DNA of 64,000 nt, from assembly GCA_002104905.1 (NCBI GenBank), contig MCFE01000004.1, forward strand, positions 124,001-188,000, in the 5' to 3' direction. Under the pieces are notes generated by a model, which saw only the letters and a list, made by a program, of their open reading frames with translations, made no database searches and was not told the DNA's origin. This document shows positions 50,589-60,992 of the stretch, piece by piece (within the stretch, counting starts at the first letter, position 1; each line of letters starts with the position of its first letter). The stretch comes from Basidiobolus meristosporus CBS 931.73. Its lineage: Eukaryota; Fungi; Basidiobolomycota. The position numbers were made by a program, and so were the translations under genes.

Positions 50589-50756
50589 ATGCAATACCTG
50601 CTAAGCTCGGAGACTGTCGGGGTTTTCACCTTCCTTAGACTCACCCCCAATGAGGTTCCATCTGTGCCCAGCATACCGAACACCTTTTCGACGCCGTTGG
50701 ACACCCCTGATGGCTTGACCTTTATGCGATTAACACCTATGGAGACTGAGGATTGA
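50589..50756 (+). CDS. Double-motif micropeptide 4 (55 aa; below the ORF-track length cut-off)
   Basis: Hand translation: MQYLLSSETVGVFT-FLRLTPNEVPSVPSIPNTFSTPLDTPDGLT-FMRLTPMETED*. TATAAAT at 50535. Confidence 0.85.
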   Translation: MQYLLSSETVGVFTFLRLTPNEVPSVPSIPNTFSTPLDTPDGLTFMRLTPMETED

Positions 50757-51214
50757 GATCTTGGCATCACTTTGCATGTAAATAATCATTGTCATCACAA
50801 AGCCTCCTGAATATCGAGTTGAAGAATAAAGTGACGTTTGCCATTTTCCTGAATGCACTTGCTTCTAATATGCACTGAGGTGTATAGAACTGTTCCAAGC
50901 GTTCTATGAGCTACTCTACACCAAGGTATCAAGAGATTACTTCACGTGAAAAAGGGTTTGCCAAGGCTCACCTATCCCTAACTCGTATCTCAAACAATTA
51001 AGATAAGCCTGCATCCGGCTACATAACTATGCAAGATCCTAAATGAATATTGCTATTATCTACCCTTCTTGCTTGAATCCTTTGAAACAGCTTACTCGGA
51101 GACAAGATATAGTTGCATCGGAGTGGAGTAAGTAACGGAATAGAGAGTGTTCTCAAGTATTTATAGATCGACCTCTCTACAACCCTACTAACACAACAAT
51201 TTGCTTTCGTTACC

Positions 51215-51406
51215 ATGCACATCCAACCGAACAACGAACAGCCTTTGACCTTCCTTCGTCTTACTCCTGAGGAATCTTCCGAGTCTTTGGTTTCCGTTGC
51301 CCCCACCCAGGACCATGATGTCAATCTGGAGCCGGTCAGTAATCATGGCTTCTTGCGTTTAACCCCGGAGCATGAGACACTTACGGACAACCACTCCAGC
51401 GCCTGA
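51215..51406 (+). CDS. Double-motif micropeptide 5 (63 aa)
   Basis: MHIQPNNEQPLT-FLRLTPEE...NHG-FLRLTPEH.... TATTTATA at 51158. Confidence 0.85.
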   Translation: MHIQPNNEQPLTFLRLTPEESSESLVSVAPTQDHDVNLEPVSNHGFLRLTPEHETLTDNHSSA

Positions 51407-51609
51407 GTGGACCGTTTTAGCAACACAATCAGTCAGATTATATGTATGTATTGAGGTAAAGATTCAAGATAATCCGTGAATAAATAGGATAATTTGTTTA
51501 TTGTGTAATGGATCAAGTCAGATATGTATAGACTCATTGTTGCGATATGAGTGTGCTTTGAGGAAATGAATGTATTGTACAAGATGAGCGAGTGAAGGCG
51601 AAAAAGCAA

Positions 51610-51798
51610 CTACATCTCGCCCAGTGAGCATCCAAGGCTGACTTGTCCTGCGGACTCGATAGGCTCAGGGGTTAACCGCATGAAGGTGAATCCGTTGTAG
51701 ATGGGCTCAGAAAGAGGCACTTGGACTAAGGCATCAGATCCGAAGGAGACCTGGTCACAATCTTCAGGAGTAAGACGAAGGAAGGTCATGGTTTGCAT
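51610..51798 (-). CDS. Double-motif micropeptide 6 (62 aa; likely start 51798 rather than 51909)
   Basis: MQTMT-FLRLTPEDCDQ...NGFT-FMRLTPEPIESAGQVSLGCSLGEM. TATAAAA at 51871-51865 lies inside the longer ORF-track call, which favours the downstream ATG. Confidence 0.85.
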   Translation of the reverse strand: MQTMTFLRLTPEDCDQVSFGSDALVQVPLSEPIYNGFTFMRLTPEPIESAGQVSLGCSLGEM

Positions 51799-52174
51799 TT
51801 TCGGTAGGCTAGCGGCTGGGTAGAGCTTCGGGGGTGATGATTCCTCAAACCAGGGAAAACGGCGTTTTATAGATGGCCAGCAAAGCTGTAATTGGCATAT
51901 GATGGTCATCGGAATTCCAATGAGTTACTATATCAAGTGGGGAAGATAAAGTAGGCTATGTCACTTTGCTCCACATGATCTTTGCTGACTAACATGGCAT
52001 GTCAAGGAACAACGGTTCTGAGCATCGCCGCAATTGAATTCCAATCCCAATTTGGATCTGTCAGGAATATGACCAATTCTGTATATCATACATACCTAAT
52101 TAGTCTGGTTGAGTAGTGTTCCGTGTAACCGAATGCTCATCAATCTCTGTGATAAGCCCCAATGCCATGTATAG

Positions 52175-52381
52175 ATGACAGTTCATTATGACCCAACCCT
52201 CGACCCAACCCTCACTCTACCTAGTATCAGCATTATGACCCAACCTTCACTTCGCCTAGTATCAGGATCGCACGGAAAAACTCAAGCTCGTCACGCACCG
52301 ATCGGCTTTGCACGATTATCTACCATCCATGGCCCTTTTACCCTGAGGCCCGGCTATTTCGGAGCTGGTAGCTTACACTAG
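52175..52381 (+). CDS. Possible degenerate eighth member of the micropeptide family
   Basis: Contains QPSLRLVS (cf. QPTTFLRLVA) and GFARLS (cf. GFLRLT), spaced 20 aa apart. Directly abuts the TATA box of micropeptide 7. Confidence 0.3.
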   Translation: MTVHYDPTLDPTLTLPSISIMTQPSLRLVSGSHGKTQARHAPIGFARLSTIHGPFTLRPGYFGAGSLH

Positions 52382-52430
52382 TATTTAAACAAGGTCCATG
52401 GAGTGAAGAAAAGGCACCGATCATCACAAC

Positions 52431-52637
52431 ATGCAAAATCTCATTCAAAACGACCAAGCTTTCCAATTCTTGCGTCTCACTCCGGACGAAGCCCCTGTTG
52501 AAGTCACATCAGCACGGGAGAACATCATCGCAGCCTGGGAATCGCCGCTGTACTCGGAGGGAGCCTTCTTGCGATTGACACCAGAGCACGAAGATGTCTC
52601 GGACTATTCATCTTGGCGAAGCTCAATCGAAATGTAG
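52431..52637 (+). CDS. Double-motif micropeptide 7 (68 aa)
   Basis: MQNLIQNDQAFQ-FLRLTPDE...EGA-FLRLTPEH...WRSSIEM. TATTTAAA at 52382. Confidence 0.85.
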   Translation: MQNLIQNDQAFQFLRLTPDEAPVEVTSARENIIAAWESPLYSEGAFLRLTPEHEDVSDYSSWRSSIEM

Positions 52638-52773
52638 TTTACCAACCAGGGACCATGCATGTTATATCAAGCAATAAATTTTTGTATTCTATTCCTTAAA
52701 CCTTATACACGCAATGCAGTTAGGATTAGTTAGTTAGCAGATCGTTATTGATCAAATACCTGGGCATTCAAAT

Positions 52774-52890
52774 CCATTATCACATATGAGCATTCACATC
52801 CATTATCAAATATGAGCAGAGTTTGACTTATTCTCAAACATGAGCATAGAGATTGACTAATTATCAAACATGACAAACATAGTGGTTGAC
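52774..52890. repeat. Degenerate minisatellite, about 4 copies of a ~25-30 bp unit (TTATCAAAYATGAGCA...TTGAC)
   Basis: Seen directly in the sequence. Confidence 0.55.
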
Positions 52891-53460
52891 CAATATTACC
52901 CTAACCATCTTGAAGCTTCTGTATACTCCAAGTAGGATTGATTTGTCCCAGCACTACGATTGACAATGAGTAAAATTCGCGTGTATTATAGAGGTTCATC
53001 ACTTATATTTGTATGACATTATTGAACAAAGTAAACAAAGATACCAAATTGTATAGGTTGTGAAACGTTTTCGTTAACTGCACTACGAGATATTGTCTTC
53101 ACTGATCAATTGAAATAACCTTATTTCTCCAATGATCTATCTCCCCTATCCCTTTCAGCCAATCATCACATAGTGCTTCCAGGTTAGACTTGCATTATTC
53201 GCGCACCTATTTGGCCTCAGCCTTGTTAACTTACTACGTTACTTTTCTACGTTTTGTTAATACTGTGCATTTGATATTGCTACCCTGTATTGTTCTATAG
53301 CTGTGTCTGTGGTTCAATTTTATCAACTCCGTGATTTCAGCCAACAGTTTCTCTGCTTGTATATTCCGTGTACAAGTCCAATTATACAAGAAGCTTGTTA
53401 GCTTACGCGTTTCTTGCTGGTTGTTTTCAGAGCATAGCCTCCGCTGAAGCAGCATAAGAG

Positions 53461-56400
53461 ATGGCCTCAGATGCTCTGCAACAAATTCAGATTGACTCTG
53501 AAATACCGCCTGATATGACTATACAGTCATATCTGCGTCAGGTGATAGCTCAAAGAAATGCACTCAGGGTCCAGAACGGCCAGTTGTGGAAGATCGTTGA
53601 AAAGCAGCGTCTTATAATTCATCAACTAAAAGTCCTTTCCGCGAAAAACAGCGAACTATTGAAGAACCAACTACCAGAGAAATCTCTTTCAAAAGATTCG
53701 GTGGACGAGACTTTATGTCAGACTGATGCCGCGATTACTTCTTTGAGAAAGGAATACGACATCAAGGCAAGTCAAGCTGACTTCAGTTCCTTAGATTCCC
53801 CAACTTCTATGGAAGCCTCAATACTCACCCTACCGAAGGGTCCGGAAGATGATAACGGTGGGGATTTCAATGATGACAGCCTGAGGAATATTGAAGCAGC
53901 CGAGCTTGAGGTCGCGACCCTCAATCCTGGCAAGAAAAGACCAATAATACCACAGGCAACTGACGTTACCTCTGGAGTAGTTCCTCCAATTTCTGGTACA
54001 GATGTTGAGCACGCACCCGAATCCGCTTTGACAACTACTCAAATTACCGAAAGTGAAATAAACAACGAAGGCCCAATTGTCATTGATAAACAACCAAACG
54101 CTCCAGATAACGAGGAAACAGAGGGGGTAAATTTGAAGATATATATTTATGTTTGATGTACAAGGTATTCATATTACACTTCTCCATTAGACCTCTTCTG
54201 AAGCCAACATCTTGAGCTCGGAGACAGGCCTCGTATCAAACGACTCGGAGGCGGAACCACCATTTTCAAATCAGAAATCTTCGGAAGTAGAATTAGCCCA
54301 GATGAATGAACTAAACACATCCGAGAGTAGCCTTCCTTCTACTTCAGACCAGGGGCTTTCTGGAGCGGAGAGTGAAAGCCTGGATATAGGACAGGATTTT
54401 GACAAAGATGAGGAATACAGGGCACACGATGGATCCAATTTTACCAAGGTTGAAAAGCCTACCGAAGATTACTCTACTCCTGACCCATCAACTGACTCTG
54501 TTACTACGAAAATGGCGAACGACCCTACTCGAGAAGCCTCTGCACCCAACACCCGAAAGAACTCTGAGCCCTTGGTCGATCTAACTGGATTAAGGTCTTT
54601 AATTGGAGTAGACGTCAAAGTGAATGGCTCTACCGTAAAGGTCAACTCAAAGGGAAAGGAGGTACTCGTGTTTTTAATATCCATTTTGAAGAAGGAGTCG
54701 CAGGAAGAAGCGGAATTGTGGACGATCGAAAAGTTGTATTCCGATTTTTTGGCTTTGGATGCCAAGGTAAATTTGGCTGTAGCGATACAAGCTTATTGAA
54801 CGGGGTCTTAACTGTTTACCATGTGTAGCTTAAAGCAACTCAACCTCGAAATATCGTAAATCAAATCGGAAAGCTCCCTGATAAGAATCTTTTCGCTACT
54901 CATGCACCATCCAAGGTTGACCAAAGAAAGCTGGCACTTCAACAGTACCTTCAGCACCTGCTTGTCCTGAATATGGTGGATACACGAGATGTATGTGAAT
55001 TTTTCTCCACCAATCTCACCCAGCGCTCCAGGAGCCAAGAAAAGGCCTATGGCATTAAGGAAGGCTATCTGACAAAGAAGGGAAAGAACTTTGGCGGATG
55101 GAAACGTAGATATTACTCATTGAAGAGCCCTATCCTAAATTACTGTGAAAATAAGGATGGGAGCATTCTAGGGTCGATCAGAGTTTCAAACTGTCAGATC
55201 TCTAAACAGTCCGCTAGTATTGATCTGGGCGATGACTCTTATCGCCACGCTTTTATGATAGTCGAACCAAAAAAAAGCGGAATAGGGGTGCATCGCCATA
55301 TATTCTGCGCTGATAGTGATGCAGAGCGAGATGAGTGGGTAGCTGCTTTGTTGGTGTACACTGCACCTGGAAAGCATCCATCCGCATCGCCCTCCTTAAC
55401 CGCGTCCTCAACTCAAGATTCTTACGGAGAAGGTGGGAATAAAGCGAAGGAGAAGCTCAAAAAATTCATAAGGGCCGATTCTGTCAAACAACCGCAAACA
55501 TCAGCGCCATCAAAACAAACAGCACACACTTCTCAGTCTGCCCCTGCACCCATTCAAAAATCGGTATCGATTGTTGGGACAGATGTAAGTCGAAATACCA
55601 GTGAAATAGTGAAGGCACACCGAAAAAGCGCTTCTCTAAAGGATCCACCGACAAGCTCTTTAAACATGCCCTCGTCCACAAAAGAGAGCTGCGCGACAGA
55701 TCAGCAACACGTCACCTCTACCTCTAAAGCTGGAGGATTGCCACAATCAGCTTTCCTCAAAAAACCCTTTGCTGGAAATCTGAAAAGTAATGCCCAGGTC
55801 AAGATGCAAAAGGAGAAGGAGCCCAAGAAGGGAGGTAGAATGACTTTCCATTGGGGAAAGAAAATCTTCTCTAGTAGTAGCGGCAGTAGTGGTAAGTGAT
55901 ATGGAATTTATGTGCGGTAGAAGGACGAAATGATCTGAAAAAGGATTTGCGTGTAATAGAAGGCAAGAGCAAGGCGCCATACGTCCCCGTTTTCGGGGTC
56001 CCATTGGAAAAAGCAGTTGAAGTATCTCGAGTCAAGGATGGTTATGAGTTGCCCGCAGTCGTATACCGTTGCATTGAGTATTTAGACGCAAAATTAGGTA
56101 TATGAAGCATACAACCACTCCATGGATTCGAGTTTTAACGTGATTACTCCAGCTCATAAGGAAGAAGGGATATATCGCTTATCCGGAAGCTCTGCTGCTA
56201 TCAAGGTGCTGCGAGAAAAATTCGATCAAGGTATCTCCTGAGATTGCTTATTAAATCTGCTCAAGAACTGATAGCTTTACTAGATATGGATGTGAACCTG
56301 CTTGGCTCTGGTGTATATTATGATGTGCATGCAATTGCTGGGTTATTGAAACTGTATCTGCGTGAGTTGCCAACCAGTGTGCTAACACACGAGATGCATC

Positions 56401-57435
56401 AAGATTTCTTACATGTGATCGGTATGTAGATACGCCTGCTTAGAATATCCATCACATATTCTTAACCCTGCGTTATAGATCTGCTCAACCGCAAAGAGCG
56501 AGTCAACGAGCTTGGTCGACTGGTATCCACCTTACCCTTGGCCAACTATACACTTCTACGCTGCCTGATTGCCCACTTGATTCGGATTGTACAGCACGCA
56601 GACGTCAACAAAATGACAGTTCGAAACGTTGGGATAGTTTTTTCTCCAACGTTGGGCATCCCGGCCGGGGTGTTCAACCTCTTGATGACTGAGTTTGAGT
56701 ATATTTTTTCGGTAAATGACCAAGGCTTCGCTGCACCCAGAACCATCGATGACAGCGATCAAGAGGACAATCTCGAAGAGCCCTCCACAATCCCCCAAGA
56801 AGCCCAAGCACAGGAAGACACGCTGGTAAACGATGCGGTCGTGGATTCCTCGAATAGCTTTGATCAGCCGGCCGAGCCCAACCGGCACGAAGACGAGGCC
56901 CAAAGCTTTGATGAATCGCAGTTTGCAGCCTCGATATCCAAATTCAAAAACCCCCAGTTTCGATCCATCTTACGTGACAGAGCTGGAAGAAACAATCGCA
57001 ACAGTATCATATATGCTGGTGCGGCACCAGAAAGCATGGTCAAGATGGAAGTTGGTTTACATGGTATGTACTCAATCTAATAATCACCATGTCACACGCA
57101 TCTAATCTAGCCGATGTGTAGTACGACCAACCAGTGGCGAATATGAAGAGGATGTTTATGATTTAGTCTATCCTTCTGGCGGTTCAAGCGGGGATAATGA
57201 GATGGAATTTCCATTAGACTCCATGGAGGATGAGGGTGAGGGTGAGGGTGAGGGTGAGGGAGAAGAGACTTCAAATGAGAAAGCGAAGCACGGTGAGAAT
57301 GAGTGCGAAGACCCAGATCAAGCTGTAGAGGAAGCCGAGGATGGTCAAAGCAAGTCGAGTATACCGGAAGTTACCACTGACAACGAAGCAAACAACACAT
57401 CCAACGGTACGAATAAGCCACCCGACACAGTTTAA
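53461..57435 (+). CDS. BEM3: PX-PH-RhoGAP protein, Bem3-like (multi-exon)
   Basis: N-terminal coiled coil (RNALRVQNGQLWKIVEKQR), PX domain (LFATHAPSKVDQRKLALQQYL), PH domain (KEGYLTKKGKNFGGWKRRYY) and RhoGAP domain (VFGVPLE..PAVVYRCIEYL; IYRLSGS; NKMTVRNVGIVFSPTL). In-frame GT-AG joins, e.g. 54126/54191 and 54766/54829. Confidence 0.88.
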
Positions 57436-58103
57436 TCCATACTCCACCCTTATTCCCAGGTAGCTCGTATGCCAGGCAACCAGGATAATTATGAGCCACA
57501 CTTTTACCCTTCGTCCTTCGCCCTTCACCCCGTCTCATTCCTCCATTGCTCCATCACCAATCCTATCTCCATTCTTCCACCTCCCATTTTATCGTTTTCC
57601 GTACAGCTTTAATTTACGTAGGAATAGGATTCTAGTCTATATTAACCAAATTAATTCATTTTTGTAAGCACGTGACGTATAGATAAAGAGCCAAATGTTT
57701 GATGGAATTGATCTGGGGTATTTACTATACATTATTACATTAAACGAGTATTTCAAATCCATGATTAAATGGAGTTGAGGAAAATTTGGTGTGGATGAGG
57801 GGAGATGAGAGGAGATAGAAAAAAACCCCGTCCCATGGATGATTAACCTTGGGGAATTGAGAAATGAGATGGGGTTAAGAATTGTTGAGATTGCTATTCG
57901 AAAGTTAGCAATTCTCGTGAGTCGGAAACCCTCTCCCAGAGTTCTTTGTTGGGTAAGTCTCAGTGATTTCTCTTACGTACAGTAGATTGCCTCCTGTTTA
58001 GAGCCAAGCTAACATTTCTTCCCTGTCGAATCTCACTTCCTTCCACACTTCTCTTCTCGACGAAAATCTCTGTTTTTCGCCCCATTTTTCACCTTTAGTT
58101 GAA

Positions 58104-58699
58104 ATGGCTGCCCCCGGAAATCCCGACCTTTGCACTATTAACTCAGTTGAGCCCGCACCTATGCCTTCCGAGGTACCTTCTGTACCTGAGGTTGGTGCGA
58201 CCTCCGCTCCTTTGACTTCTGCCGCTTTCTTCATCGGAGCCTATTGTAAGGATTACAACGAAGATTTCATGCTTTGTAAGGCTGAAAACAACGATCCCAA
58301 GCACTGCCTTAAGGAAGGAAGAAAGGTCACCCGTTGTGTTGTCGATCTGTAAGTACACTTCTACGCCCTCTCCGAACTCGAACCCTTTCGCTGAACACCT
58401 CTTTCCCCACAGTCTCAAGAAGATGAAGGAGAACTGTGGAAAAGAATTCGAGAACCACTACACTTGCTTAGACAACAACGATTTCGAGTATTACGCCTGC
58501 CGTAGGCAAGAGGGCAAGTTGAATGAATGCGTATTCAACAAGCTTGTAAGTAGACGAGTCTATTTTCTAATCCACCAATCCAGGCTTTGTTCGAACCATC
58601 GTAACTAACATGGCACTCTAGGGACTCGAAAAGATCATCAATGGTACCCCCGAAGGAGAAACCCCTATTCACTTGAAAGCCAACCCAATTTATAACTGA
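58104..58699 (+). CDS. NDUFA8: NADH:ubiquinone oxidoreductase subunit NDUFA8 (twin CX9C), 3 exons, ~151 aa
   Basis: Exons 58104-58348, 58413-58545 and 58622-58699. Sequence EVGATSAPLTSAAFFIGAYCKDYNEDFMLCK...CLKEGRKVTRC...CRRQEGKLNECVFNKLGLEK. Confidence 0.93.
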
Positions 58700-59127
58700 G
58701 AAAGATAAACTTAGACTTTGGTTACATCTTCTCTTTGTATTAAAAAAAGCACTTTCCATGACATGACATGACATTAACCTCCCTATATCACATTGAACAA
58801 TAAAGATTTCAACTATCTTTCAAGAAATTTTTGTTGAGATGCGGACTTGAAAGTTGATTGGCAACTCTATAGTACAGCTTGGAATTCACATGGGAGTTGG
58901 GTTTGATTTTCCACTTCCCATCTATGTAGATTGTTGATTGGTGAGAAATCATTGAATTTTCTGAACTGGATATTCGTTTCTCGAAAGAATCACCTAGTGT
59001 TGTAGATACATACAAGTATTGATATTGGCGTACGTTGGTATTTCTCAACGCCCAACAACCCATAACCAGCCTTTACTTTCCACACGTACAGCTTCTCCAT
59101 CACACTGACTCCCTTTTCGGCTCCAGA

Positions 59128-60992
59128 ATGATTACCGAGTCCAAGCTCACGCTGAACACGCTGAACCCCAACAAGCGGAGGGTGATGTCGATCAGACTCT
59201 CCGAAGAATTGTTGGAGCTCCTGAGCCAAGGCAAAGAGAAATCCATCAAGATCCAGTTCGGCACAGATCAGGTAGATTCCAGTCTTTGGGTCGTTTTTGT
59301 TGCTTTTCGTTAACGGCTGGCCCTCCTGGTAAAGAAAATTCGGGTGGGAAACGCCTCCTTCGACTACAACAAAGTAGATGAAACGCAACCGGTGGAAATT
59401 TACCAGAAGAATCCATCCTCAGAAAACCTAGAGGTGATCGGTTACCTGACTCATAAACTGACCGTGAGGAGAGAAATGGGGGACAAAACAAAAGAAAGAG
59501 CGGCCAGCCGGATGGACTCGAGAAAGTAAGTGATTGGTCGTTGAGCGATCCCTGCTGCTCCTACTAACCTAATCTCCTTAGGAGCGTACTCCTCAACAAA
59601 GACAACAAAGAAGGTATCGATCAACGTTAACCCTTGTGGTGTCAAATGGTATTTTATATTCACTGTCATTTTGCAAAGTTGAACCGCAGAAAATGCGAAG
59701 ACCACCCCAGCTGAAGAGCGCCCCCATCACCACTAGACGCCTAGCCCCCACATCCACAACCCAATCATTGGCTTCCTTGGTCACTTCGAAAGATGGTGGA
59801 AAGCCCGGTAGCAGTATCCCGTTACGTACGCGAATTCTGCAGCTACTCGCCATCAATCCAATGAGTCAGGGGAATTTGGCTATGACCATGAAAGTCCCCA
59901 AGGATGAGTTGATCAAGACATTGAATTCAGTGAGTCCCCTTTGCAAATTAACTGGATGATCATCACTCCGGCTGACTGTAATTGCGCTTAGGTCGCGACG
60001 GTGACAGGGGATATTTGGTCCTTGAAAGATGACTCATTCAAGGAAGTCAAAATCAAAGATTGGGAAGCTTATTCATCTAAAGAGAAGGAAACGGTCTCGT
60101 TAAATGCATTAAAGGCATTCGACAGCCTCAATTTACCATCGGACGCACCTGAGAGAAGCGGCCTGATACTGCCACCCAAGCCAGAATCAGAGCCTACACC
60201 CGACCGTGATAAGCCCAAGGGAGCGGCAGAAATGAATGAAGAAATCCAGCAAAAGGACTATTCCCGCAGAAGAATCGCCGAGACGCCCAAAGAGGCACCA
60301 TCCGATGCGCGTAGCACGACAAGAGGCACATCTTCCAAACCCAGCAGCCTGGCTAGGTCGAGCTCCAACGTGAAGGAAACCTCGGCCGAGAACACACCTA
60401 CACCGACGACACGAAAACCTCGAGCACCCAGAGACCCCTCTTCTCTTGGGGGATATAGAATTCCCAAGAAGACTGACTCGCGAAACGCTGAATCTGGAGA
60501 GATATCGGAAAAAGAGCCGCTGCCTGCCAGCAAGAACAGAAGCAATGGATCTGCAGTAGAGACCAATAATTCACATGCGGCCAGCACTGGGACAGCTCGA
60601 TCTGACCACGGTATGATCCAATTTGTTCACTCACCCACTCACCAATACGGTATTTACCTGTTGATGCAGCCAGTCGAAAGCATCCGGTGCGCGTGTACGT
60701 GGTCAAGACCTCCATTGAGTATCACGACCTAGTGGCGCTGTTCCAAGTCAAGAACATGGAATACCAGAGCTTGAACGAGAAGATCCACGCCAAAAAACCC
60801 CAACTCGAGCGCTTGGCCGAGCAGGCGCGTAAGAGTGTCGACTCGGAGAAGCAGGAGCTTGCGGCCGACATCATGAAGCTCCGCTGCAAAGAGATCTCCC
60901 GTTGGGCGGATGAGTTTACTGAGCTACACTACGACCTAGAGGCTATCTCGAAAGAACTATCCAGAGCTAGTGAGCAAGGCCTTGCTGACTAG
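59128..60992 (+). CDS. ELL: ELL-family RNA polymerase II elongation factor (multi-exon)
   Basis: N-terminal domain (..SIKIQFG..EIYQ..VIGYLTHKLTV), winged-helix segment (LRTRILQLLAINPM...WSLKDDSFKEVKIKDWEAYS) and C-terminal occludin/ELL-like helical domain (EYHDLVALFQVKNMEYQSL). GT-AG introns. Confidence 0.72.

Noticed and set aside
47948-51324. Antisense ORFs overlapping the micropeptide genes (47948-48217, 48016-48201, 49578-49829, 50564-50770, 51019-51324)
   Set aside because: They are shadows of the motif-bearing frames (shared GVRRRK-type strings are the reverse complement of FLRLTP), with no independent conservation.
48023-52637. FLRL/FMRL as mimics of animal FLRFamide/FMRFamide neuropeptides
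   Set aside because: There is no signal peptide, no Gly plus basic amidation or cleavage site after the motif, and the fourth residue is always Leu rather than Phe. The resemblance is superficial.
48023-52637. Micropeptides as mating-pheromone precursors
   Set aside because: No C-terminal CaaX box (a-factor type), and no signal peptide or KR-flanked repeats (alpha-factor type).
57229-57262. GAGGGT repeat as telomere-like sequence
   Set aside because: It encodes an in-frame Glu-Gly run in the last RhoGAP exon.
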